Shown here piece after piece: positions 35,376-44,224 of a DNA stretch of 64,000 bases (positions are counted from its first letter, which is position 1; each line of letters opens with the position of its first letter). The stretch spans positions 8,340-72,339 of the IMG/VR virus record IMGVR_UViG_3300032288_003197; one strand, written 5' to 3'. The notes below the pieces were generated by a model. That model did not search any database. It had not been told where the DNA came from and saw nothing but the letters and a program-made list of their open reading frames with translations. Position numbers and translations under genes: made by a program. Origin of the DNA: a virus.

Positions 35376-38300
35376 TACTTGGCCATTCGCTGGCTGTATT
35401 CTCTACGACGTTGAGCACCAACTCGGGTTACATGTTCAATCAGTTGGTTGCGAACTGCAAATGCTGATTCGCTTACTGCACCGTATCGCACAAATGTTTG
35501 GTCAATAAACTGTTTGATACGAGCAATGTCTTCTTTGGTTTCTACCATGTTCAACATTTCTGCCACAGGCTGTTTTGCTGCCTGAGCAATACGTTGGGCC
35601 AATTTGGCTTGTTCCTCGGGAGTTGGTCCCCCGGCGGTTACTTTGGGTCCTGCGGGCACAGCAGCCTTTACACCTGCGCCACCACCTGCTGGCAATGAGG
35701 CAGTGGTTGGGGCAGCAGTTTTCATGCCTGGAATACCAGTCATGGGCTTGACTGTGGTTGTGGTTTTGCCATAGCCGCTGGGTCCTGCAAAACTAGGTGT
35801 CTGGGCAGGTGCAGTCTTCTTGGCATACTTTTCCATGCCAGGCAGTTTCATTACATTGGCGCCACTGAATGTTGCTGGGCCAGTTGATTTGGTGGTTGCT
35901 GTCTGTGGCGCCGGTTGCGTATCCGGGGCAGCAGCCTGCTCGGGCTCCTTGCCATAAGCCAATAACTCATCCACGGTGTAAGGTTTCTCGGTTTTAGGAT
36001 TAATACCAGCATAAGCCTGTCGTTGTGCCCCACCAGCAACAGGTGCACGGGGAACTCCAGCCTTTTCTGCACCTGCTGGTTGATCAGCAGTGGTTGGTGT
36101 TGCAGAGACTGGCAGGCCCATGGTTGAATACACAGAATTGACCACGCCAATTGGAACGCCTTGTTTGACCAGCCAAGCAGACAATTGATCGCTGTCTGTA
36201 GGCTTGCCGCCCTGTTGCCAATTCATCTTGAGTTTTTCTTTTGTGACGTTTCTAGTAAGCTGCCGCCCAGCAGTGCTCAATGCACTGCCCACTGCCTTGG
36301 TGCCACGATCTAAGGCATCAAGTCCCCGGCCAAACCAACTCTTTTTTGCAGGGTCTGCGGGTGTGTACGGTGCATCGGGTGCATCAGGACGATAAAGATC
36401 AGGCAGTTCTTCACGACCGGGGCCTGTTGGGGTAGTGTTAACAGGTGCAGTAGGTGCCGGAGTAGGTGCCGGAGTAGGTGCTAATGGCACAGTGGTCGCA
36501 GACCGGCTACGACTTCTATTGATTGTGTCCTCGGGTGATCCAAACTTTAGTTCTGGTCCCAACGGAGCAGGTGCTGGCGTGGGTGTAGGTGCTGGCCTAG
36601 GTGTCGGGGGCGGATTGTATTGAAATGGATCTAATGGTTCTGGTGGAACTTCATCTACTGGCCCAAATGGTTCAGGAGCTGGCCCGGACACAGGTTTATC
36701 ACCAGCAGCAAGTCGTCGTTCCAATTCTGCTTTGACTTGGCGGGAAACATCATTGTCTTTATCACCATGCATTCCCACCCAGTTTTGTAAATCTTGTGTA
36801 GATCTTTTAGCCAGTGTAGCAGAAAGATCAAGTTCTGCTAGGGTTTGAATGTTTTCAAACACTGCATCGATACCGCGCTGTGTTAAGTGTACACTACGAC
36901 CTTGTGGCTTGCCTACGCTTTCATTTAAAGCCCAAGACAACTTGGTGAGCTTTTGATCAATCATTTGTTCAGCTGGCAAGGTGCGTAGTTTTACACTTTC
37001 TTTAATGGCACCAGCCATGGCAGCCTTGGCCTTGAGTGTGGCAATCTGCTGTGCAGACTGAATTGCTCTGGCACTGGGTTCAGCACCGTATTTGGCAATC
37101 TCTTGTGCATAGATTTGTTTGTAAACAGGATTGTCAAAAATATTTTGAGCAGTTACACCACCAAGTGTGCCGGCGCCGCCGGTTGTTGCACTACTGACCG
37201 CATCAGCTGGAAATTTTGTAAAGTAAGCTGTACCATTGTAAACGTATCCAGTGACTTCTTGTCCGTTGTATGGAATTACAATTTTTTCTGCGCCTACTGG
37301 GATCCTTGGTTGGAATTGACCACCTTGTGGGAACACTGCTGCCTTGATAGTTTCTCCGGAAGGCAGTTGCACTGTGCCTGAGTTTGTGACAGGATCAAAA
37401 GTCAAGGGACTACTTGCAGGTGCAGCAGCCGCAGCAGAGGCAACATCATCCATTGGAACCAAACGCATTGGTTGACCGTTTGGGCCAATTGGGGTAATGC
37501 CTGAATCAAATGGCTTGCCTATTGTACTGCCACCAGCAGCAGAGGCAGCATCACCAGCAGCGGGACCACCCAGCAATTCTGGTCCAGTCACTTTGTCCCC
37601 GTACATGCCACCTTGGTAGCCAGACCACACACTGCCTTGTCCAGGTGTGCCACCGGGCGGCAAGTTGAGTTCCATGCCCTTTTGCAATGCTTTGCTGAAA
37701 TCAATGTTGGGATTGGCGGCTCGAATGGCTTCGGGGGTAGTGCCTTGTGCTTGTGCAATAAAGCCTAGTTGATCTCCATCTACCACAGTATAAGAACCGC
37801 CTCCGGTTGGAGCAACACTACCACTTGGGGCAGCGTCAAATTTAGTACCTTGAGGAACAGTGTCTGCAGCAGCAGCGTCGCCGCTAAACATTGAAGCGAC
37901 TTTTGATGCAGCCCAAGCAGTGGCAGCAGCTCCGCCGGCCTTGAGTGCAATATCTGAGAACTTCTCGCCCTTGATGGCCGAATCCAATCCATACACAAAT
38001 GCAGCAATTGCAGGAGCACCTGCGCCTCCAGTGGCAAGACCAGTGATGGCAACTATGGCAGCTTTGGCCAGGCCAGCTGTCTTGGGATATTCTTTGGCCA
38101 ACATGCGATACTTCTTGATCGCTGACATGATTTTGCCTTTTTCGCCGCCAGCAACGTCGGCCAGCGCATCTGTGGCTTTGTCGTAGGCCACGTCAACAAA
38201 AGAAATAGGAGTAGAACTTTGGATGCCGCTCCAAACACCTTTCAGTGCATCGGCCACACCACCTGCAAAATCTGTAGCGGTATCTTTACCACGGCCCAGC

Positions 38301-38851
38301 CAAGTACGGTTAGCACCAGTGGCTTTGTCAGTCATGCCGTTTTCAACATCAGCAAACACTTGCAAGATTTCTTTTTCTGTCATCTTGCGTTCAGCAATAT
38401 AGCGGCCTACCTTTTTAAAATTACGATAGACAGGATCTTCCATGAGCCAGGCTTCGTCAATGCGACGCTTTTTGTTTTGTTTGCCTTCGGCCATGCCTTG
38501 CTTTAACTTTTGTTTGATAGCGTTGATCTGTTGATTAATTCCGTGCTGTTCTTTCCAGAATCTGTGATCATCGCTGTATTCAAAACTAGGATCAAATTCA
38601 GCTTCTAGCTTTTTTAGTTTGGATTCAAGGCCAGCACGTTCTTCGTCGCTGAGTGGTATAGGAGCAGGAGCAGGTGCGTTGGCACGATCAGCCGCACGTT
38701 GCTTTAGCATGGCATCAGTTCTAGCACGTTCTTCGTCAGGAGTTCCTGCCAGGCGCGGGTTCATGCCTTTGGCTTTTGCCATGGCCATGAATTCATCTGC
38801 GAGACCTTCTTGGAGATTTTTTTTGTTATCAAATAATTGGTCTACTATCAT
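35375..38851 (-). CDS. large Ala/Pro-rich protein with a LysM domain (probable virion/injected protein)
   Basis: YTVVDGDQLGFIAQAQGTTPEAIRAANP ... LQKGMELNLP (LysM); hydrophobic G/A-rich segment; low-complexity linkers. Confidence 0.75.
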   Translation of the reverse strand: MIVDQLFDNKKNLQEGLADEFMAMAKAKGMNPRLAGTPDEERARTDAMLKQRAADRANAPAPAPIPLSDEERAGLESKLKKLEAEFDPSFEYSDDHRFWKEQHGINQQINAIKQKLKQGMAEGKQNKKRRIDEAWLMEDPVYRNFKKVGRYIAERKMTEKEILQVFADVENGMTDKATGANRTWLGRGKDTATDFAGGVADALKGVWSGIQSSTPISFVDVAYDKATDALADVAGGEKGKIMSAIKKYRMLAKEYPKTAGLAKAAIVAITGLATGGAGAPAIAAFVYGLDSAIKGEKFSDIALKAGGAAATAWAASKVASMFSGDAAAADTVPQGTKFDAAPSGSVAPTGGGSYTVVDGDQLGFIAQAQGTTPEAIRAANPNIDFSKALQKGMELNLPPGGTPGQGSVWSGYQGGMYGDKVTGPELLGGPAAGDAASAAGGSTIGKPFDSGITPIGPNGQPMRLVPMDDVASAAAAAPASSPLTFDPVTNSGTVQLPSGETIKAAVFPQGGQFQPRIPVGAEKIVIPYNGQEVTGYVYNGTAYFTKFPADAVSSATTGGAGTLGGVTAQNIFDNPVYKQIYAQEIAKYGAEPSARAIQSAQQIATLKAKAAMAGAIKESVKLRTLPAEQMIDQKLTKLSWALNESVGKPQGRSVHLTQRGIDAVFENIQTLAELDLSATLAKRSTQDLQNWVGMHGDKDNDVSRQVKAELERRLAAGDKPVSGPAPEPFGPVDEVPPEPLDPFQYNPPPTPRPAPTPTPAPAPLGPELKFGSPEDTINRSRSRSATTVPLAPTPAPTPAPTAPVNTTPTGPGREELPDLYRPDAPDAPYTPADPAKKSWFGRGLDALDRGTKAVGSALSTAGRQLTRNVTKEKLKMNWQQGGKPTDSDQLSAWLVKQGVPIGVVNSVYSTMGLPVSATPTTADQPAGAEKAGVPRAPVAGGAQRQAYAGINPKTEKPYTVDELLAYGKEPEQAAAPDTQPAPQTATTKSTGPATFSGANVMKLPGMEKYAKKTAPAQTPSFAGPSGYGKTTTTVKPMTGIPGMKTAAPTTASLPAGGGAGVKAAVPAGPKVTAGGPTPEEQAKLAQRIAQAAKQPVAEMLNMVETKEDIARIKQFIDQTFVRYGAVSESAFAVRNQLIEHVTRVGAQRRREYSQRMAK

Positions 38852-38852
38852 G

Positions 38853-39590
38853 TCAACGTTCTTCTATGTAATCTTGACTGAGATCTTGTTTTTGTCTACG
38901 CTTCTGGAACAGGCGTACCGCAATGTCAGCTTCGTCGGGTGTTCGAAAGCGTGATGGCAATGCTTTGTTGTTTCTGCGCAGTTCGTATCCTTGCTTGTCG
39001 TCACCCCAGCATTCCAAACAAGAACCATCTTCCATGGCGTAGGTTTTTACAGGCGCTTCGCTCACAGCTGACATTGGTGCAGCAGGTGCAGCCACAGCAG
39101 CCGCAATATGATCTTCTATGCCATGTGCCACTTCTGAATCAGCTGGATCACCAATGGGTTGCACATCTTGGTCCCAGGTGGCATTTTCTTCGACTTCGCT
39201 TTCGGTTTGCGGATCATCGTCAATGTTTAATTCGGCCTTGGCCTTGCGAACCAAGCGGCGATCGAGACGATTTTCGCGCTCCAATTTCTCAAGATAGTCT
39301 GCAAAGTTTGCCTTGACCTTGCCCAGCATGTCTTCTTCAATGCCCTGCATGGCTTCTTCCAAGGCATTCTTTTTGGGTTCAACGGAATCGCCCACTAACT
39401 TGCCATCCATGGGATGTTTTTGATAGGGTTTCTTTGACAGTGTGGGTGAGATGTCTCGGGGCTTGAACAATGCAGGTAGCTGTCCTGCTGATCGTTGTTG
39501 AGGATTCAAGCCGTGTTTGACTGAAACTGGTGTGGTCTTGCCCTCGATCAAGGCCAGGCGTTCGATTATCTTGTAGATTGGGTCACTCAT
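38853..39590 (-). CDS. hypothetical acidic protein
   Basis: Coupled ORF. Confidence 0.7.
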   Translation of the reverse strand: MSDPIYKIIERLALIEGKTTPVSVKHGLNPQQRSAGQLPALFKPRDISPTLSKKPYQKHPMDGKLVGDSVEPKKNALEEAMQGIEEDMLGKVKANFADYLEKLERENRLDRRLVRKAKAELNIDDDPQTESEVEENATWDQDVQPIGDPADSEVAHGIEDHIAAAVAAPAAPMSAVSEAPVKTYAMEDGSCLECWGDDKQGYELRRNNKALPSRFRTPDEADIAVRLFQKRRQKQDLSQDYIEER

Positions 39591-40030
39591 GCTCGCTCAT
39601 CTTTCAGGAAACTTCTCAACATCCAGCCATGCTTTTGATGGGCATCGATGCGTTCTGCTATGAAGTTGGCAATGCCCTGCTGATTTTCTTGTTCAGCAGT
39701 GGCAAATGTTTCGTTGAGCAATTCAAGAAGTTGATCGTTGTTGGCCAATAATTCTTGAATCATGAGACGAGCACGCGGAATCTTGGTTTGTCCTTTGATA
39801 ATTGACAGTTCTGCAAAACGTTCAAAACTGCCTGGGCTGTAGTCTCCCATGGCACGAATGTATTCAGCAGTCTGGTCTATACTACCATCGTAGACTTCTT
39901 CGTATAGATTACCAAAGAACTCGTGCAATTGTGCAAAGTCTGGTCCTTCTACGTTCCAGTGAAATAGTTGGGCCTTGATACTGAATGCGTATTCAGTTGC
40001 CAGGAGAATTTTTAAACTGTCCGCGAGCAC
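39587..40030 (-). CDS. dps: Dps/ferritin-like protein
   Basis: FHWNVEGPDFAQLHEFF, DQTAEYIRAMG, KHGWMLRS. Confidence 0.9.
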   Translation of the reverse strand: MLADSLKILLATEYAFSIKAQLFHWNVEGPDFAQLHEFFGNLYEEVYDGSIDQTAEYIRAMGDYSPGSFERFAELSIIKGQTKIPRARLMIQELLANNDQLLELLNETFATAEQENQQGIANFIAERIDAHQKHGWMLRSFLKDERA

Positions 40031-40208
40031 GATTTCGATTCCTTTTGTATTCTTTAGGCGTGTTCGGAGTAGGATCCGAACTCGTTACATATTTACCTGT
40101 GAGCATGCTTCCGCCTGATCTTGATATCATGCCCATGGGCATGACAACCGGAGCAAATCCGCCGCTGACAGTGCCCGCTGAGCTTTCCATTATTTCATGT
40201 ATTTTCAT
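39993..40208 (-). CDS. small hypothetical protein (CTS-like N-terminus)
   Basis: MKIHEIMES N-terminus. Confidence 0.6.
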   Translation of the reverse strand: MKIHEIMESSAGTVSGGFAPVVMPMGMISRSGGSMLTGKYVTSSDPTPNTPKEYKRNRNRARGQFKNSPGN

Positions 40209-40503
40209 CAACGGATTTCCATATTGTTACACAGCCATGTTGATCCACTGAGCCTGATCCTGACTGAATTTTATAGTTGGCGGCGTGCAATTTTACATCA
40301 CAATCAGTGTCTACAAGTTCATATCTTACTTGATACGTGCCCGGTGCACCCTGTATAACCAGGGCTTCTTCCAAGTACATGTCACTCCAGATCCAGGTGC
40401 GTTCTGTAAACAGTTCATCGTTGACATAACATCTATAACGTGGGGGATTGCGAAACCACTCGCAGTCCACATCAACCACAACAGTGACACATTCATTTTG
40501 CAT
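40195..40503 (-). CDS. hypothetical protein
   Basis: TAAATA 4 nt upstream of the ATG. Confidence 0.65.
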   Translation of the reverse strand: MQNECVTVVVDVDCEWFRNPPRYRCYVNDELFTERTWIWSDMYLEEALVIQGAPGTYQVRYELVDTDCDVKLHAANYKIQSGSGSVDQHGCVTIWKSVDENT

Positions 40504-40544
40504 ATGATATTTAGCAAAATGTATGCCTATATTTTTGTGTTTGA

Positions 40545-41696
40545 TTACTTGGGCACTACACCAATGGGAAAATTTCTACCATAAAATGTCTTGATACTGT
40601 GAACACGATTGGAGTTGGGATAAAAAGTAAAATATTTAGAATCAATCATGTTGGTGTGAGCGTTCAACGTACTTTGCCAAGCCTCTAGTGCTGTGGTTTT
40701 TTCTCGCATGATCCAGGAATGTTGCGAGCTCCACACAGTTGAATCTGCTTTGTCGGCTTGAAAAATGTTGAGATCCCAGTCTGGGTAAATGATACTTTTT
40801 ATCAAGTTCTGTCGGTATGCTGTGTATTTTGATTGTGTGTCAAACAAGTGTTTTAATTTGGGATTGGCCAACACATGTTGGTATATCAGGTGTGCTTGTT
40901 CGCGCACAATCTCTGGCATGTCGCCGCTCCAATAAAAATACTCAACCACACGATTTTCGGGCACATGAGATGACTTGAAGAAACAGTGATTGTCCCCGAC
41001 AATCACACAAAAAATATTTTTTTCAATGAACACCTCGGGTTTGTCGCAGCCCAAAATTATAGCAGCACGATCGATTTTTTTGTTGATTTCGCTGAATCTC
41101 CGGGCCACATTTTTGTATCGTTTGGTGCTTTGATACGGCCCCATGTGGCTGATGGTAAAGGTATGTTCGGTATCTTCTATGGATAAATCTTCGGTGGTGT
41201 CGGTGATGGTTATTTTTATTCGGGGATGGTGCTCCCTAACATAGTTTAACATGGGTTTGATGGCTAGTTCCCATTCGCTGATGTGATTGTACGGTGTGGG
41301 ATCATTGGACACTGTCCAGTCACTGGTGTGTTTCAACGGCCAGTCACATATGATTTCATCCAGGTGTATGTTGTTGCTGATAAAACTTTTCAGTATGGTG
41401 GTGCTGTCAGATCCACCGCTGAAACACAGCATCAGGTAATCATAGCGGTCTCGCAATTGTTGCGCTCGCTGTCGGTACAGAGATCTAATGTCCACCTGCA
41501 ACGGACGGCGCCAATCAAGAGATCTAAATTGCGCACTATTAAATTCCCACTTAACGTCCTGCTGGGTTTTTGATGCATACATCAAGGCATTGAATTTGAA
41601 ATTAAAATTCTTGTTTCCTACGATGTAGTATCCGTTTTTCTCCACAAGCGGAACCGTGGCTGAATCATCTTCGAGCTGAATATTAAGTGGAGTCAT
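40545..41696 (-). CDS. PP-loop protein, paralog of 4013..5197
   Basis: LYRQRAQQLRDRYDY ... FSGGSDSTT, GCDKP, EYFYW. Confidence 0.75.
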   Translation of the reverse strand: MTPLNIQLEDDSATVPLVEKNGYYIVGNKNFNFKFNALMYASKTQQDVKWEFNSAQFRSLDWRRPLQVDIRSLYRQRAQQLRDRYDYLMLCFSGGSDSTTILKSFISNNIHLDEIICDWPLKHTSDWTVSNDPTPYNHISEWELAIKPMLNYVREHHPRIKITITDTTEDLSIEDTEHTFTISHMGPYQSTKRYKNVARRFSEINKKIDRAAIILGCDKPEVFIEKNIFCVIVGDNHCFFKSSHVPENRVVEYFYWSGDMPEIVREQAHLIYQHVLANPKLKHLFDTQSKYTAYRQNLIKSIIYPDWDLNIFQADKADSTVWSSQHSWIMREKTTALEAWQSTLNAHTNMIDSKYFTFYPNSNRVHSIKTFYGRNFPIGVVPK

Positions 41697-41736
41697 TGAA
41701 AAATTACTTACCGATGACTCTGTTGGTGTTAGTTTT

Positions 41737-41961
41737 TTATGCTATTTGTACCACGTTGGTAATCACAGAATCTTTGCCGTACTGTGCCATCAGCAGCTGA
41801 CGAGCCATTGCGGGATTCTTGGCAAATATGGCCACATCCATAGAATTGGTATACAATTCGTTTTTGACTTTGACTCGGGCTTGGTACACATGAAATCCAG
41901 GTACCACTGCTTCCTGTAAATTGTACTGCGATCCGCGAGAGTTGTTTTGATATTGTTTCAT
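41737..41961 (-). CDS. hypothetical protein
   Basis: Start moved to MKQYQNN. Confidence 0.6.
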   Translation of the reverse strand: MKQYQNNSRGSQYNLQEAVVPGFHVYQARVKVKNELYTNSMDVAIFAKNPAMARQLLMAQYGKDSVITNVVQIA

Positions 41962-41962
41962 T

Positions 41963-42394
41963 TTAGTCGGCTGCTTTGTTGCGATCTTTTTCGGTGATGG
42001 GTCCGCCTGTGATCCAGGCCTTGCAACTACGTGAGCCCGCGCACTTGAAATGCAGGAAATTACAGTAACCAAGGTCTGCCAAGTTGATACTGGCATTGGC
42101 ATCCACTGCGGGCTCATCTCCTCGGATACCGTTGGCAATGCATTCTCTCATGCTGTCACTGACATCAAAAGCTCCGCAGTTGCCGCACTGCATGGTCCGG
42201 GCAGTGGCCACGCTGACTTTGAATATTTTTGCGCTTTTCTTCCAGTAGTCTTCGGCACGATCAGGATTGGCAGGTCCGTAGTGATAATCGTCTATGGCCC
42301 GTTGACGGTTTTTCAAGTTCACATCTATGTCATGTGTTGCTGTGGGGCAACCTTTTTCGATTGCCTCCAGTAGATTGATATAGTTTCTCATCAT
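41963..42394 (-). CDS. Cys-rich hypothetical protein
   Basis: CGNCGAF ... GYC ... FKCAGSRSCKAW; possible metal binding. Confidence 0.7.
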   Translation of the reverse strand: MMRNYINLLEAIEKGCPTATHDIDVNLKNRQRAIDDYHYGPANPDRAEDYWKKSAKIFKVSVATARTMQCGNCGAFDVSDSMRECIANGIRGDEPAVDANASINLADLGYCNFLHFKCAGSRSCKAWITGGPITEKDRNKAAD

Positions 42395-43044
42395 GTATTT
42401 ACTTGAAAACTAAAACCAATTTGATTTGGAGTTAGCCCAACATGTGCAATTTTTAAAAATCCTTTGCTTCTGCACAGACTCAAATATGATATAGGAATTT
42501 GATTTTTAAAAGTGCAAAAGTTGAGAATGGCAACGGCGGATATATTAGATGATGGACATGCTTTTGCAGCAAGTCTTGACGATTCATAAGTCCCCCACGG
42601 AGTCACATAATGTCCTTTATAGTTAGGATTGTTTTTTCCAGTTTTGGATTCTGAATAATTTTTTCTTGCAATGGCACTACGTGATGGTTGTGTGCAACCT
42701 TTCTTTTGTTCGCTTACAAATTTAGATACTTGTATTCTTAAATTTTCATAAAGTTGAGACTTTTTGACTCGATTATATCGACTCGACTTACCTCTTCCTG
42801 TTAGATAAAACACAGATGATATCATCTTCCTTTTATCCATTCCTGCGGTCATTTTAGTAAGCAAGATATGACAAATAAAATGTTCACGTGCAGTCAATGC
42901 AACAAGATTTACTTTTGCGTCGGTGCCGCCCAGGCTACGAGGAATAATGTGATGCTTTTCTGTATAACAAGAAATTGATCTTGTTTTTGCTCTGTCTATT
43001 ATTTTGTAATATACTCGAGTATATTTGTTATCTATAAATATCAT
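42391..43044 (-). mobile_element. free-standing HNH homing endonuclease gene
   Basis: EKHHIIPRSLGG ... NLVALTAREHFICH; AT-rich relative to its flanks; start moved to MIFIDNKY. Confidence 0.85.
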
Positions 43045-43103
43045 TGCTGATGCCCTCCACGGCGTTAGGGTAGTTGGGAACGCCAATTCCGCGAACTACA
43101 CTT

Positions 43104-43664
43104 TTATTTATTCTTTTTTGCTTTCCCGCGACGCATGTTCAACTGCCACTGAGCCATTCTTCTTCGTTCTCCGGTGCTTGACTTAGCAATTTTGGATAGC
43201 TGTGCGAGAGTTGGTTTTTTTGGAATACCAACTCTTCTGCTCAATCCTTTGCGTCCGGGATTCTTGCCGTCCGCAAAGTTTTCATTGAGTCTAGTCAACG
43301 CTTGTTGCAATCCTGGATGTAAAGGTTCGGGCCAATCTCCGGCTTCTACCCAACATGAGTCCTGACTTTCAGAGTTTAGTCGGGGTTCAAATTCATGTGG
43401 CACATGTCCAATATAAGTGGCATAGCGTTGATTCATCATCAAGGGCTCCAGCTTCAACGGTCCGGTGTATCCACCTTCTTCTGCCAGCTCTCTGCGCACT
43501 GTTTGTTCTAGTGTTTCGCCAGGCTCGCGTCCACCGCCCCAGGTTGACCATACACCGGGATCACCGACGTCTTCACTGCGTTGCTGTAAGCACCAACGGC
43601 CGGTATCTGCTGCTCGAAGGATGCAGCCTGCTGCTCGAGGTTCAGTGAATTCTCGGGCTCTCAT
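43104..43664 (-). CDS. NUDIX hydrolase with a basic C-terminal peptide
   Basis: GGGREPGETLEQTVRRELAEEGG Nudix box. Confidence 0.85.
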   Translation of the reverse strand: MRAREFTEPRAAGCILRAADTGRWCLQQRSEDVGDPGVWSTWGGGREPGETLEQTVRRELAEEGGYTGPLKLEPLMMNQRYATYIGHVPHEFEPRLNSESQDSCWVEAGDWPEPLHPGLQQALTRLNENFADGKNPGRKGLSRRVGIPKKPTLAQLSKIAKSSTGERRRMAQWQLNMRRGKAKKNK

Positions 43665-44212
43665 GCTTGACCTCGTATGCGATCAAAAAAGCTGGGCCCT
43701 GGCCTACCTCGTACTTTGCCATGTCTGCGATGTTGTTCGGCGTAGTTGTAATATTTGCCCACAACATCAAAACCGTAAGTAAAAAATATTGCCGCTGGCG
43801 GTCGAGTCATTCTTATAATACCCACACGCTGTTTGCCAGCAGGTGCTGCCACAGCTTGACGATCGCCGTCTTTTACTGTTTGCAGCCAAGCATTGGGTTT
43901 GAGTTTGACCAACCAAGCATATGGTTTGTCTGTGGCATAGGCCCCATGAATTTCTTTGAGATAATATGCGGCAGGATAAAACCACAAGCTACGGCGTCCA
44001 GTGTTTTGTCCCAGAGCATCGAAGTCAAAGTTGGGATCATCAACATCAGGAGTTTTCTTGAACGTTTGTTTATTGCTGAAGCCCAACTTGTCTGTGTCAG
44101 TGAATCGCACAAAGTAATCGTCCACACTGCCGCCGTGTCGGCGAACATCAGCAATGATCTGATCACGCACTGGCGGAACTCGGGCTTCTACAATGAACTC
44201 TTGTGCTCTCAT
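43661..44212 (-). CDS. hypothetical protein (CTS-like N-terminus)
   Basis: MRAQEFIVE N-terminus. Confidence 0.7.
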   Translation of the reverse strand: MRAQEFIVEARVPPVRDQIIADVRRHGGSVDDYFVRFTDTDKLGFSNKQTFKKTPDVDDPNFDFDALGQNTGRRSLWFYPAAYYLKEIHGAYATDKPYAWLVKLKPNAWLQTVKDGDRQAVAAPAGKQRVGIIRMTRPPAAIFFTYGFDVVGKYYNYAEQHRRHGKVRGRPGPSFFDRIRGQA

Positions 44213-44224
44213 GTTATCGTCTCA

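Noticed and set aside
36420-36620. Tandem DNA repeats (ggtgccggagta)
   Set aside because: They simply encode a Pro/Thr/Ala low-complexity linker.
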